Part shown: positions 1 through 14,409 of the stretch, one piece after another | How positions within the stretch are numbered: the stretch's first letter is position 1 | Layout: the number at the start of each line of letters is the position of its first letter | DNA from: Octopus sinensis | Lineage: Eukaryota | NCBI RefSeq assembly: GCF_006345805.1 | Contig: NC_043009.1 | Location: 66,402,001-66,466,000 of the forward strand | Length of the DNA: 64,000 nt | Direction: 5' to 3' | Position numbers and translations under genes: made by a program | Notes under the pieces: generated by a model | Told to the model about the DNA's origin: nothing | The model's input: the letters and a program-made list of their open reading frames with translations, nothing else | Databases searched by the model: none

Positions 1-3000
1 TTTAACTTAGCATCTTTACAACCTTTTTCCAGTTAACTTAGCATCTTACCACTTTTTTCCAGTTTAACTTAGCATCTTTACCACCTTTTTTCCAGTTTAA
101 CTTAGCATCTTTACCACCTTTTTCAAGTTTAACTTAGCATCTTTACCACCTTTTTTCCAGTTAACTTAGCATCTTTACCACTTTTTTCCAGTTTAACTTA
201 GCATCTTTACCACCTTTTTTCCAGTTTAACTTAGCATCTTTACCACTTTTTTCCAGTTTAACTTAGCATCTTTACCACCTTTTTTTCCAGTTTAACTTAG
301 CATCTTTACCACTTTTTTCCAGTTTAACTTAGCATCTTTACCACCTTTTTTCAGTTTAACTTAGCATCTTTACCACCTTTTTTCCAGTTAACTTAGCATC
401 TTTACCACCTTTTTCCAGTTTAACTTAGCATCTTACCACCTTTTTTCCAGTTTAACTTAGCATCTTTACCACCTTTTTCCAGTTTAACTTAGCATCTTTA
501 CACCTTTTTTCCAGTTTAACTTAGCATCTTTACCACCTTTTTCCAGTTTAACTTAGCATCTTTACCACCTTTTTCCAGTTTAACTTAGCATCTTTACCAC
601 CTTTTTTCCAGTTTAACTTAGCATCTTTACCACATTTTTTCCAGTTTAACTTAGCATCTTTACCACCTTTTTTCCAGTTAACTTAGCATCTTTACCACCT
701 TTTTTCCAGTTTAACTTAGCATCTTTACCACCTTTTTCCAGTTTAACTTAGCATCTTACACCTTTTTTCCAGTTTAACTTAGCATCTTTACCACCTTTTT
801 TTCCAGTTTAACTTAGCATCTTTACCACCTTTTTTCCAGTTTAACTTAGCATCTTTACCACCTTTTTTCCAGTTTACTTAGCATCTTTACCACCTTTTTT
901 CAGTTTAACTTAGCATCTTTACCACCTTTTTCCAGTTAACTTAGCATCTTTACCACCTTTTTTTCCAGTTTAACTTAGCATCTTTACCACATTTTTTCCG
1001 GTTTAACTTAGCATCTTTACCACCTTTTTTCAGTTTAACTTAGCATCTTTACCACTTTTTTCCAGTTTAACTTAGCATCTTTACCACTTTTTTCCAGTTT
1101 AACTTAGCATCTTTACCACCTTTTTCCAGTTTAACTTAGCATCTTTACCACCTTTTTCCAGTTTAACTTAGCATCTTTACCACCTTTTTTCCAGTTTAAC
1201 TTAGCATCTTACCACCTTTTTTCCAGTTTAACTTAGCATCTTACCACTTTTTTCCAGTTTAACTTAGCATCTTACCACCTTTTTTCCAGTTAACTTAGCA
1301 TCTTTACCACCTTTTTTCCAGTTTAACTTAGCATCTTTACCACCTTTTTTCCAGTTTAACTTAGCATCTTTACCACCTTTTTTCCAGTTTAACTTAGCAT
1401 CTTTACCACCTTTTTTCCAGTTTAACTTAGCATCTTTACCACCTTTTTTTCCAGTTTAACTTAGCATCTTTACCACCTTTTTTCCGGTTTAACTTAGCAT
1501 CTTTACACCTTTTTCCAGTTTAAACTTAGCATCTTTACCACCTTTTTTCCAGTTTAACTTAGCATCTTTACCACTTTTTTCCAGTTAACTTAGCATCTTT
1601 ACCACCTTTTTTTCCAGTTTAACTTAGCATCTTTACCACCTTTTTTCCAGTTTAACTTAGCATCTTTACCACTTTTTTCCAGTTTAACTTAGCATCTTTA
1701 CCACCTTTTTTCCAGTTTAACTTAGCATCTTTACCACCTTTTTTCAAGTTTAACTTAGCATCTTTACCACCTTTTTCCAGTTTAACTTAGCATCTTTACA
1801 CCTTTTTTCCAGTTTAACTTAGCATCTTTACACCTTTTTCCAGTTTAACTTAGCATCTTTACCACCTTTTTCCAGTTTAACTTAGCATCTTTACCACTTT
1901 TTTCCAGTTAAACTTAGCATCTTTACCACCTTTTTTCCAGTTTAACTTAGCATCTTTACACCTTTTTTCCAGTTTAACTTAGCATCTTTACCACCTTTTT
2001 TCCAGTTTAACTTAGCATCTTTACACCTTTTTTCCAGTTTAACTTAGCATCTTTACCACCTTTTTCCAGTTTAACTTAGCATCTTTACCACCTTTTTTTC
2101 CAGTTTAACTTAGCATCTTTACCACATTTTCCGGTTAACTTAGCATCTTTACCACTTTTTTTCCAGTTTAACTTAGCATCTTACCACCTTTTTTCCAGTT
2201 TAACTTAGCATCTTTACCACCTTTTTTCCAGTTTAACTTAGCATCTTTACCACCTTTTTTCCAGTTTAACTTAGCATCTTTACCACCTTTTTCCAGTTTA
2301 ATTAGCATCTTTACCACCTTTTTTCCAGTTTAACTTAGCATCTTTACCACCTTTTTCCAGTTTAACTTAGCATCTTTACCACCTTTTCTTCCAGTTTAAC
2401 TTAGCATCTTTACCACCTTTTTTCCAGTTTAACTTAGCATCTTTACCACCTTTTTTCCAGTTTAACTTAGCATCTTTACCACCTTTTTTCCAGTTTAATT
2501 AGCATCTTTACCACCTTTTTTCCAGTTTAACTTAGCATCTTTACCACCTTTTTTCCAGTTTAACTTAGCATCTTACCACCTTTTTCCAGTTTAACTTAGC
2601 ATCTTTACCACCTTTTTCCAGTTTAACTTAGCATCTTTACCACCTTTTCTTCCAGTTAACTTAGCATCTTTACCACCCTTTTTCCAGTTTAACTTAGCAT
2701 CTTTACCACCTTTTTCCAGTTTAACTTTTAGCATCTTACCACCTTTTTTCCAGTTTAACTTAGCATCTTTACCACCTTTTTCCAGTTTAACTTAGCATCT
2801 TTACCACACTTTTTTCCAGTTTACTTAGCATCTTTACCACCTTTTTTCCGGTTTAACTTAGCATCTTTACCACCTTTTTTTCCAGTTTAACTTAGCATCT
2901 TTACCACCTTTTTTCCAGTTTAACTTAGCATCTTTACCACCTTTTTTCCAGTTTAACTTAGCATCTTTACCACCTTTTTCCAGTTTAACTTAGCATCTTT

Positions 3001-6000
3001 ACCACCTTTTTCCAGTTTAACTTAGCATCTTTACCACCTTTTTTCCAGTTTAACTTAGCATCTTTACCACCTTTTTTCCAGTTTAACTTAGCATCTTTAG
3101 CACCTTTTTTTCCAGTTTAACTTAGCATCTTTACCACATTTTTTCCGGTTTAACTTAGCATCTTTACCACCTTTTTTCCAGTTTAACTTAGCATCTTTAC
3201 CACCTTTTTTCCAGTTTAACTTAGCATCTTTACCACCTTTTTTCCAGTTTAACTTAGCATCTTTACCACCTTTTTTCCAGTTTAACTTAGCATCTTTACC
3301 ACCTTTTTTCCAGTTTAACTTAGCATCTTTACCACCTTTTTTCCAGTTTAACTTAGCATCTTTACCACCTTTTTCCAGTTTAACTTAGCATCTTTACCAC
3401 CTTTTTTCCAGTTAACTTAGCATCTTTACACCTTTTTTCCAGTTTAACTTAGCATCTCTTACCACCTTTTTTCCAGTTTAACTTAGCATCTTTACCACCT
3501 TTTTCCAGTTTAACTTAGCATCTTTACCACCTTTTTTCCAGTTTAACTTAGCATCTTTACCACCTTTTTTCCAGTTTAACTTAGCATCTTTACCACCTTT
3601 TTTCCGGTTTAACTTAGCATCTTTACCACTTTTTTTCCAGTTTAACTTAGCATCTTTACCACCTTTTTCCAGTTTAACTTAGCATTTACCACCTTTTTTC
3701 CAGTTTAACTTAGCATCTTTACCACCTTTTTTCCAGTTTAACTTAGCATCTTTACCACCTTTTTTCCAGTTTAACTTAGATCTTTACCACTTTTTTCCAG
3801 TTTAACTTAGCATCTTTACCACCTTTTTTCCAGTTTAACTTAGCATCTTTACCACCTTTTTCCAGTTTAACTTAGCATCTTTACCACTTTTTTCCAGTTT
3901 AACTTAGCATCTTTACCACCTTTTTTCCAGTTTAACTTAGCATCTTTACCACCTTTTTTCCAGTTTAACTTAGCATCTTTACCACCTTTTTTCCAGTTTA
4001 ACTTAGCATCTTACCACTTTTTTCCAGTTTAACTTAGCATCTTTACCACCTTTTTCCAGTTTAACTTAGCATCTTTACCACCTTTTTTCCAGTTTAACTT
4101 AGCATCTTTACCACCTTTTTTCCAGTTTAACTTAGCATCTTTACCACCTTTTTCCAGTTTAACTTAGCATCTTTACCACCTTTTTTCCAGTTTAACTTAG
4201 CATCTTTACCACCTTTTTTCCAGTTTAACTTAGCATCTTTACCACCTTTTTTCCAGTTTAACTTAGCATCTTTACCACCTTTTTTCCAGTTTAACTTAGC
4301 ATCTTTACCACCTTTTTTCCGGTTTAACTTAGCATCTTTACCACCTTTTTTCCGGTTTAACTTAGCATCTTTACCACCTTTTTTCCAGTTTAACTTAGCA
4401 TCTTTACCACCTTTTTTCCAGTTTAACTTAGCATCTTTACCACCTTTTTTCCAGTTTAACTTAGCATCTTTACCACCTTTTTTCCAGTTTAACTTAGCAT
4501 CTTTACCACCTTTTTTCCAGTTTAACTTAGCATCTTTACCACCTTTTTTCCAGTTTAACTTAGCATCTTTACCACCTTTTTTCCAGTTTAACTTAGCATC
4601 TTTACCACCTTTTTTCCAGTTTAACTTAGCATCTTTACCACCTTTTTTCCGGTTTAACTTAGCATCTTTACCACCTTTTTTCCAGTTTAACTTAGCATCT
4701 TTACCACCTTTTTTCCAGTTTAACTTAGCATCTTTCCACCTTTTTCCAGTTTAACTTAGCATCTTTACCACCTTTTTTCCAGTTTAACTTAGCATCTTTA
4801 CCACCTTTTTCCAGTTTAACTAGCATCTTTACCACCTTTTTCCAGTTTAACTTAGCATCTTTACCACCTTTTTTCCAGTTAACTTAGCATCTTTACCACC
4901 TTTTTTCCGGTTTAACTTAGCATCTTACCACCTTTTTTCCAGTTAACTTAGCATCTTTACCACCTTTTTTCCAGTTTAACTTAGCATCTTTACCACCTTT
5001 TTTGCAGTTTAACTTAGCATCTTTACCACCTTTTTCCAGTTTAACTTAGCATCTTTACCACCTTTTTTCCGGTTTAACTTAGCATCTTTACCACCTTTTT
5101 CCAGTTTAACTTAGCATCTTTACCACCTTTTTCCAGTTTAACTTAGCATCTTTACCACCTTTTTTCCAGTTTAACTTAGCATCTTTACCACCTTTTTTCC
5201 AGTTAAACTTAGCATCTTTACCACCTTTTTCCGGTTTAACTTAGCATCTTTACCACCTTTTTTCCAGTTTAACTTAGCATCTTTACCACCTTTTTTCCGG
5301 TTTAACTTAGCATCTTTACCACCTTTTTTCCGGTTTAACTTAGCATCTTTACCACCTTTTTTCCGGTTTAACTTAGCATCTTTACCACCTTTTTTCCGGT
5401 TTAACTTAGCATCTTTACCACCTTTTTCCGGTTTAACTTAGCATCTTTACCACCTTTTTTCCAGTTTAACTTAGCATCTTTACCACCTTTTTTCCGGTTA
5501 ACTTAGCATCTTTACCACCTTTTTTCCAGTTTAACTTAGCATCTTTACCACCTTTTTTCCGGTTTAACTTAGCATCTTTACCACCTTTTTTCCGGTTTAA
5601 CTTAGCATCTTTACACCTTTTTTCCAGTTTAACTTAGCATCTTTACCACCTTTTTTCCGGTTTAACTTAGCATCTTTACCACCTTTTTTCCGGTTTAACT
5701 TAGCATCTTTACCACTTTTTTCCGGTTAACTTAGCATCTTTACCACCTTTTTTCCAGTTTACTTAGCATCTTTACCACCTTTTTTCCGGTTTAACTTAGC
5801 ATCTTTACCACCTTTTTTCCAGTTTAACTTAGCATCTTTACCACCTTTTTTCCGGTTTAACTTAGCATCTTTACCACCTTTTTTCCGGTTTAACTTAGCA
5901 TCTTTACCACCTTTTTTCCGGTTTAACTTAGCATCTTTACCACCTTTTTTCCAGTTTAACTTAGCATCTTTACCACCTTTTTTCCGGTTTAACTTAGCAT

Positions 6001-9000
6001 CTTTACCACCTTTTTTCCAGTTTAACTTAGCATCTTTACCACCTTTTTTCCGGTTTAACTTAGCATCTTTACCACCTTTTTTCCGGTTTAACTTAGCATC
6101 TTTACCACCTTTTTTCCAGTTTAACTTAGCATCTTTACCACCTTTTTTCCGGTTTACTTAGCATCTTTACCACCTTTTTCCAGTTTAACTTAGCATCTTT
6201 ACCACCTTTTTCCGGTTTAACTTAGCATCTTTACCACCTTTTTTCCAGTTAACTTAGCATCTTTACCACTTTTTTCCGGTTTAACTTAGCATCTTTACCA
6301 CCTTTTTTCCGGTTTAACTTAGCATCTTTACCACCTTTTTTCCAGTTTAACTTAGCATCTTTACCACTTTTTTTCCGGTTTAACTTAGCATCTTTACCAC
6401 CTTTTTTCCGGTTTAACTTAGCATCTTTACCACCTTTTTCCGGTTTAACTTAGCATCTTTACCACCTTTTTTCCAGTTTAACTTAGCATCTTTACCACCT
6501 TTTTCCGGTTTAACTTAGCATCTTTACCACCTTTTTTCCAGTTTAACTTAGCATCTTTACCACCTTTTTTCCGGTTTAACTTAGCATCTTTACCACCTTT
6601 TTTCCGGTTTAACTTAGCATCTTTACCACCTTTTTTCCGGTTTAACTTAGCATCTTTACCACCTTTTTTCCAGTTTAACTTAGCATCTTTACCACCTTTT
6701 TTCCGGTTTAACTTAGCATCTTTACCACCTTTTTTCCAGTTTAACTTAGCATCTTTACCACCTTTTTTCCGGTTTAACTTAGCATCTTTACCACCTTTTT
6801 TCCGGTTTAACTTAGCATCTTTACCACCTTTTTCCAGTTTAAAGTAGCATCTTTACCCCTTTTTTCCGGTTTAACTTAGCATCTTACCACCTTTTTCCGG
6901 TTTAACTTAGCATCTTTACCACCTTTTTTCCAGTTTAACTTAGCATCTTTACCACCTTTTTTCCGGTTTAACTTAGCATCTTTACCACCTTTTTTCCAGT
7001 TTAACTTAGCATCTTTACCACCTTTTTTCCGGTTTAACTTAGCATCTTTACCACCTTTTTTCCAGTTTAACTTAGCATCTTTACCACCTTTTTCCAGTTT
7101 AACTTAGCATCTTTACCACCTTTTTTCCGGTTTAACTTAGCATCTTTACCACCTTTTTCCAGTTAACTTAGCATCTTTAACACCTTTTTTCCAGTTTAAC
7201 TTAGCATCTTTACCACCTTTTTTCCGGTTTAACTTAGCATCTTTACCACCTTTTTCCAGTTTAACTTAGCATCTTTACCACCTTTTTCCGGTTTAACTTA
7301 GCATCTTTACCACCTTTTTCCGGTTTAACTTAGCATCTTTACCACCTTTTTTCAGTTTAACTTAGCATCTTTACCACCTTTTTTCCAGTTTAACTTAGCA
7401 TCTTTACCACCTTTTTTCCAGTTTAACTTAGCATCTTTACCACCTTTTTTCCAGTTTAACTTAGCATCTTTACCACCTTTTTTCCAGTTTAACTTAGCAT
7501 CTTTACCACCTTTTTCCAGTTTAACTTAGCATCTTTACCACCTTTTTTCCAGTTTAACTTAGCATCTTTACCACCTTTTTTCCAGTTTAACTTAGCATCT
7601 TACCACCTTTTTTCCAGTTTAACTTAGCATCTTTACACCTTTTTTCCAGTTTAACTTAGCATCTTTACCACCTTTTTTCCAGTTTAACTTAGCATCTTTA
7701 CCACCTTTTTTCCAGTTTAACTTAGCATCTTTACCACCTTTTTTCCAGTTTAACTTAGCATCTTTACCACCTTTTTTCCAGTTTTTACAAACTTAGCATC
7801 TTTACCCCTTTTTTCCAGTTTAACTTAGCATCTTTACACCTTTTTTCCAGTTTAACTTAGCATCTTTACCACCTTTTTTCCAGTTTAACTTAGCATCTTT
7901 ACCACCTTTTTCCAGTTTAACTTAGCATCTTTACCACCTTTTTCCAGTTTAACTTAGCATCTTTACCACCTTTTTTCCAGTTTAACTTAGCATTCTACAA
8001 CCTTTTTCCACAGTTTAACTTAGCATCTTTACCACCTTTTTTCCAGTTTAACTTAGCATCTTTACCACCTTTTTCCAGTTTAACTTAGCATCTTTACCAC
8101 CTTTTTCCAGTTTAACTTAGCATCTTTACCACCTTTTTTCCGGTTTAACTTAGCATCTTTACCACCTTTTTCCGGTTTAATTAGCATCTTTACCACCTTT
8201 TTTCCAGTTTAACTTAGCATCTTTACCACCTTTTTTCCAGTTTAACTTAGCATCTTTACCACTTTTTTCCAGTTTAACTTAGCATCTTTACACCTTTTTT
8301 CCAGTTTAACTTAGCATCTTTACCACCTTTTTTCCAGTTTAACTTAGCATCTTTACCACCTTTTTTCCAGTTTAACTTAGCATCTTTACCACCTTTTTTC
8401 CAGTTTAACTTAGCATCTTTACCACCTTTTTCCAGTTTAAATTAGCATCTTTACCACCTTTTTTCCGGTTTAACTTAGCATCTTTACCACCTTTTTTCCA
8501 GTTTAACTTAGCATCTTTACCACCTTTTTTCCAGTTTAACTTAGCATCTTTACCACCTTTTTCCAGTTTAACTTAGCATCTTTACCACCTTTTTTCCGGT
8601 TTAATTAGCATCTTTCCACCTTTTTTCCAGTTTAACTTAGCATCTTTACCACCTTTTTTCCAGTTTAACTTAGCATCTTTACCACCTTTTTTCCAGCATC
8701 TTTACCACCTTTTTTCCAGTTTAACTTAGCATCTTTACCACCTTTTTTCCAGTTTAACTTAGCATCTTTACCACCTTTTTTCCAGTTTAACTTAGCATCT
8801 TTACCACCTTTTTTCCAGTTTAACTTAGCATCTTTACCACCTTTTTTCCGGTTAACTTAGCATCTTTACCACCTTTTTTCCAGTTTAACTTAGCATCTTA
8901 CCACCTTTTTTCCAGTTTAACTTAGCATCTTTACCACCTTTTTTGCAGTTAACTTAGCATCTTTACCACCTTTTTTCCAGTTTAATTAGCATCTTTACCA

Positions 9001-12000
9001 CCTTTTTCCGGTTTAACTTAGCATCTTAACACTTTTTTCCAGTTTAACTTAGCATCTTTACACCTTTTTCCAGTTTAACTTAGCATCTTTACCACCTTTT
9101 TCCGGTTTAACTTAGCATCTTTACCACCTTTTTTCCAGTTTAAACTTAGCATCTTTACCACCTTTTTTCCGGTTTAACTTAGCATCTTTACCACCTTTTT
9201 TCGGTTTAACTTAGCATCTTTACCACCTTTTTTCCGGTTTAAATTAGCATCTTTACCACATTTTTTTCCGGTTTAATTAACTTAGCATCTTTACCACCTT
9301 TTTTCCAGTTTAACTTAGCATCTTTACCACCTTTTTTCCGGTTTAACTTAGCATCTTTACCACTTTTTTCCAGTTTAACTTAGCATCTTACCACCTTTTT
9401 TCCAGTTTAACTTAGCATCTTTACCACCTTTTTTCCGGTTTAACTTAGCATCTTTACCACCTTTTTTCCAGTTTAACTTAGCATCTTACACCTTTTTTCC
9501 AGTTTAACTTAGCATCTTACCACCTTTTTTGCAGTTTAACTTAGCATCTTTACCACCTTTTTTCCAGTTTAACTTAGCATCTTTACCACCTTTTTCCGGT
9601 TTAACTTAGCATCTTTACCACCTTTTTTCCAGTTTAACTTAGCATCTTTACCACTTTTTTCCAGTTTAACTTAGCATCTTTACCACCTTTTTCCAGTTTA
9701 ACTTAGCATCTTTACCACCTTTTTCCAGTTTAACTTAGCATCTTTACCACCTTTTTTCCGGTTTAACTTAGCATCTTTACCACCTTTTTTCCAGTTTAAC
9801 TTAGCATCTTTACCACCTTTTTCCAGTTTAACTTAGCATCTTACCACCTTTTTTCCGGTTTAACTTAGCATCTTTACCACCTTTTTCCGGTTTAACTTAG
9901 CATCTTTACCACCTTTTTTCCAGTTAACTTAGCATCTTTACCACCTTTTTCCGGTTTAACTTAGCATCTTTACCACCTTTTTTCCGGTTTAACTTAGCAT
10001 CTTTACCACCTTTTTTCCGGTTTAACTTAGCATCTTTACCACTTTTTTCCGGTTTAACTTAGCATCTTTACCACCTTTTTTCCGGTTTAACTTAGCATTT
10101 ACCACCTTTTTTCCAGTTTAACTTAGCATCTTTACCACCTTTTTTCCGGTTTAACTTAGCATCTTTACCACCTTTTTTCCAGTTTAACTTAGCATCTTTA
10201 CCACCTTTTTTCGGTTTAACTTAGCATCTTTACCACCTTTTTTCCGGTTTAACTTAGCATCTTTACCACCTTTTTTCCAGTTTAACTTAGCATCTTTACC
10301 ACCTTTTTTCCGGTTTAACTTAGCATCTTTACCACCTTTTTCCGGTTTAACTTAGCATCTTTACCACCTTTTTTCGGTTTAACTTAGCATCTTTACCACT
10401 TTTTTCCAGTTTAACTTAGCATCTTTACCACCTTTTTTCCGGTTTAACTTAGCATCTTTACCACCTTTTTTCCAGTTTAACTTAGCATCTTTACCACCTT
10501 TTTCCGGTTTAACTTAGCATCTTTACCACCTTTTTTCCGGTTTAACTTAGCATCTTTACCACCTTTTTCCGGTTTAACTTAGCATCTTTACCACCTTTTT
10601 CCAGTTTAACTTAGCATCTTTACCACCTTTTTCCGGTTTAACTTAGCATCTTTACCACCTTTTTTCCAGTTTAACTTAGCATCTTTACCACTTTTTTCCG
10701 GTTTAACTTAGCATCTTTACCACCTTTTTTCCGGTTTAATAGCATCTTTACCACCTTTTTCCAGTTTAACTTAGCATCTTTACCACCTTTTTTCCGGTTT
10801 AACTTAGCATTTACCACCTTTTTTTCAGTTTAAATAGCATCTTTACCACCTTTTTTCCGGTTTAACTTAGCATCTTTACCACCTTTTTTCCAGTTTAACT
10901 TAGCATCTTTACCACCTTTTTTCCGGTTTAACTTAGCATCTTTACCACCTTTTTCCGGTTTAACTTAGCATCTTTACCACCTTTTTTCCAGTTTAACTTA
11001 GCATCTTTACCACCTTTTTTCCGGTTTAACTTAGCATCTTTACCACCTTTTTTCCGGTTTAACTTAGCATCTTTACCACCTTTTTCCGGTTTAACTTAGC
11101 ATCTTTACCACCTTTTTCCAGTTTAACTTAGCATCTTTACCACCTTTTTTCCGGTTTAACTTAGCATCTTTACCACCTTTTTTCCAGTTTAACTTAGCAT
11201 CTTTACCACCTTTTTCCGGTTTAACTTAGCATCTTTACCACCTTTTTCCGGTTTAACTTAGCATCTTTACCACCTTTTTTCCGGTTTAACTTAGCATCTT
11301 TACCACCTTTTTTCCAGTTTAACTTAGCATCTTTACCACTTTTTTCCGGTTTAACTTAGCATCTTTACCACCTTTTTTCCAGTTTAACTTAGCATCTTTA
11401 CCACCTTTTTTCCGGTTTAACTTAGCATCTTTACCACCTTTTTCCGGTTTAACTTAGCATCTTTACCACCTTTTTTCCAGTTTAACTTAGCATCTTACCA
11501 CTTTTTTCCGGTTTAACTTAGCATCTTTACCACCTTTTTTCCGGTTTAACTTAGCATCTTTACCACCTTTTTCCAGTTTAACTTAGCATCTTTACCACCT
11601 TTTTTCCGGTTTAACTTAGCATCTTTACCACCTTTTTTCCAGTTTAACTTAGCATCTTTACCACCTTTTTTCCGGTTTAACTTAGCATCTTTACCACCTT
11701 TTTTCCAGTTTAACTTAGCATCTTTACCACCTTTTTTCCAGTTTAACTTAGCATCTTTACCACCTTTTTTCCGGTTTAACTTAGCATCTTTACCACCTTT
11801 TTTCCAGTTTAACTTAGCATCTTTAACACCTTTTTCCAGTTTAACTTAGCATCTTTACCACCTTTTTTCCGGTTAACTTAGCATCTTTACCACCTTTTTT
11901 CCAGTTTAACTTAGCATCTTACCACCTTTTTTCCGGTTTAACTTAGCATCTTTACCACCTTTTTCCGGTTTAACTTAGCATCTTTACCACCTTTTTTCCA

Positions 12001-13112
12001 GTTTAACTTAGCATCTTTACCACCTTTTTTCCAGTTTAACTTAGCATCTTTACCACCTTTTTTCCAGTTTAACTTAGCATCTTTACCACCTTTTTTCCAG
12101 TTAACTTAGCATCTTTACCACCTTTTTTCAGTTTAACTTAGCATCTTTACCACCTTTTTCCAGTTTAACTTAGCATCTTTACCACCTTTTTTCCAGTTTA
12201 ACTTAGCATCTTACCACCTTTTTTCCAGTTTAACTTAGCATCTTACCACCTTTTTTCCAGTTTAACTTAGCATCTTTACCACCTTTTTTCCAGTTTAACT
12301 TAGCATCTTTACCACCTTTTTTCCAGTTTAACTTAGCATCTTTACCACCTTTTTTCCAGTTTAACTTAGCATCTTTACCACCTTTTTTCCAGTTTAACTT
12401 AGCATCTTTACCACCTTTTTTCCAGTTTAACTTAGCATCTTTACCACCTTTTTTCCGGTTTAACTTAGCATCTTTACCACCTTTTTTCCAGTTTAACTTA
12501 GCATCTTTACCACCTTTTTTCCAGTTTAACTTAGCATCTTTACCACCTTTTTTCCAGTTTAACTTAGCATCTTTACCACCTTTTTTCCGGTTTAACTTAG
12601 CATCTTTACCACCTTTTTCCAGTTTAACTTAGCATCTTTACCACCTTTTTCCAGTTTAACTTAGCATCTTTACCACCTTTTTTCCAGTTTAACTTAGCAT
12701 CTTTACCACCTTTTTTCCAGTTTAACTTAGCATCTTTACCACCTTTTTTCCAGTTTAACTTAGCATCTTTACCACCTTTTTTCCAGTTTAACTTAGCATC
12801 TTTACCACCTTTTTTCCAGTTTAACTTAGCATCTTTACCACCTTTTTTCCAGTTTAACTTAGCATCTTTACCACCTTTTTTCCAGTTTAACTTAGCATCT
12901 TTACCACCTTTTTTTCCAGTTTAACTTAGCATCTTTACCACCTTTTTTCCAGTTTAACTTAGCATCTTTACCACCTTTTTTCCAGTTTAACTTAGCATCT
13001 TTACCACCTTTTTTCCAGTTTAACTTAGCATCTTTACCACCTTTTCCCAGTTTAACTTAGTGCCTTTGCCATCTTTTTCCGGTTTAACTTCGCATCTTCA
13101 CCACCTTTTTTC
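1..13112. repeat. Tandem array (satellite/minisatellite) of 33-bp unit CC(A/G)GTTTAACTTAGCATCTTTACCACCTTTTTT, about 400 copies, running off the left edge
   Basis: Directly visible. Variation is mostly 1-bp indels in homopolymers plus a recurrent A/G at unit position 3. The last 2-3 monomers (about 13040-13112) are diverged and mark the array edge. Confidence 0.98.
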
Positions 13113-14075
13113 GTTTCTGCTTTACAAACTGTAAATGTTTATCTTTATAACAGTATCAGCCATTTTTCTGGCTTTAACTCTTTTTCATTTAATTTGTATT
13201 TCCAAAAGTCTAAGGGTTGCATTCTATGCTACCATCCTTTCTTACTCCCACAACTGCGGTCATTTTGGATCATGAATAAATAATAAAAACGGTCACGGTG
13301 CAAAAATATCGACAGTTAAATACAATGTTTGGACCAATCAGATAATAGTGTGGATGTTTAACACTTTGAAGCTCTTTGTTAGTAAAATAGAGACGAAGCA
13401 AATACTTTCATCTTATCGAGTAATCCAATAAGATAATATCTTTTAAATACGATGAATCCGACCGTGAACCACAAACTGCAACGAGACATTGTAAACCTAA
13501 CATTATTTCTTCTTTGCAAAACTGGAAATAGCACATTAATTATCGACATAGCACTAACACGTGACTATGATATTTTGTAAAAGCAAAGTGAAAAAGCTAT
13601 GCAGTTACATCGACCTAAATGTAGAATTAAAAGTATTATGGCAGTAAAGGAAAGCCTATTATCAATTTGTAATTGTCACACAACTCAAGTGATACAATAT
13701 AATTTCCGTAATGACATTGCCAAATTATCTATATAGATAGACTTGGTCACGTTCCAGTAAATAGCCATTCTTGTATTTGTAAGCTACGTTAGATCGCCCG
13801 CACGCATCGTTTGTAGGATTTGAACGGTTTCGTTAACCACAAATAGACTTGTCAATGCTAAACATTCTCGTTAACCTTGAATTATCTTCGTTAATCCTGA
13901 ATACGTTAAGTTTTTAACTGAAGAGTTTTCTTAAACATTTTCCTGAAGCATAAATTTCCATTTAATATTCTCTACGATGCACCAAATTTATCTTTCGAAA
14001 AACGAAAAAATGATAATAAGTTTTTCTAATTTTGGCGCAAAGTCAGCAATTTTGAAGGAAGAGATCAGTCGATCG

Positions 14076-14193
14076 GTCGGTTATATCGACCCAAGATTTA
14101 GCTGGTATTTTATTTAATTGACTCCGAAAAATGAAAGCAAAGTTGGCTTCCACAGGATTTTAACTCTGAACGTACGATCTGCCAGCTAACCGC
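14076..14193 (-). mobile_element. Decayed copy of tRNA-derived SINE family A
   Basis: Matches the better copies at 18405-18817 and 44308-44905 (atcgaccc...ggta...ttaat..actccgaaa..atgaaagcaaagt...aactctgaacgt...ctgccagct). Confidence 0.65.
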
Positions 14194-14194
14194 T

Positions 14195-14203
14195 ATAATA
14201 ATA

Positions 14204-14269
<66 letters not shown>

Positions 14270-14313
14270 TATCGGCAAGAAATGGAAGCAACTTTGAAAG
14301 AAGAAAAAAATAA

Positions 14314-14376
<63 letters not shown>

Positions 14377-14408
14377 TAATAATAATAATAATTGTAATAA
14401 CAATAATA
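14195..14408. repeat. (AAT)n microsatellite interrupted by a ~48-bp non-repeat insert
   Basis: Directly visible; source of the poly-Y/L/I ORFs. Confidence 0.97.
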
Positions 14409-14409
14409 A

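Noticed and set aside
1-13112. CRISPR array or telomeric repeat
   Set aside because: No unique spacers, no cas genes and a eukaryotic context; the unit lacks TTAGGG.
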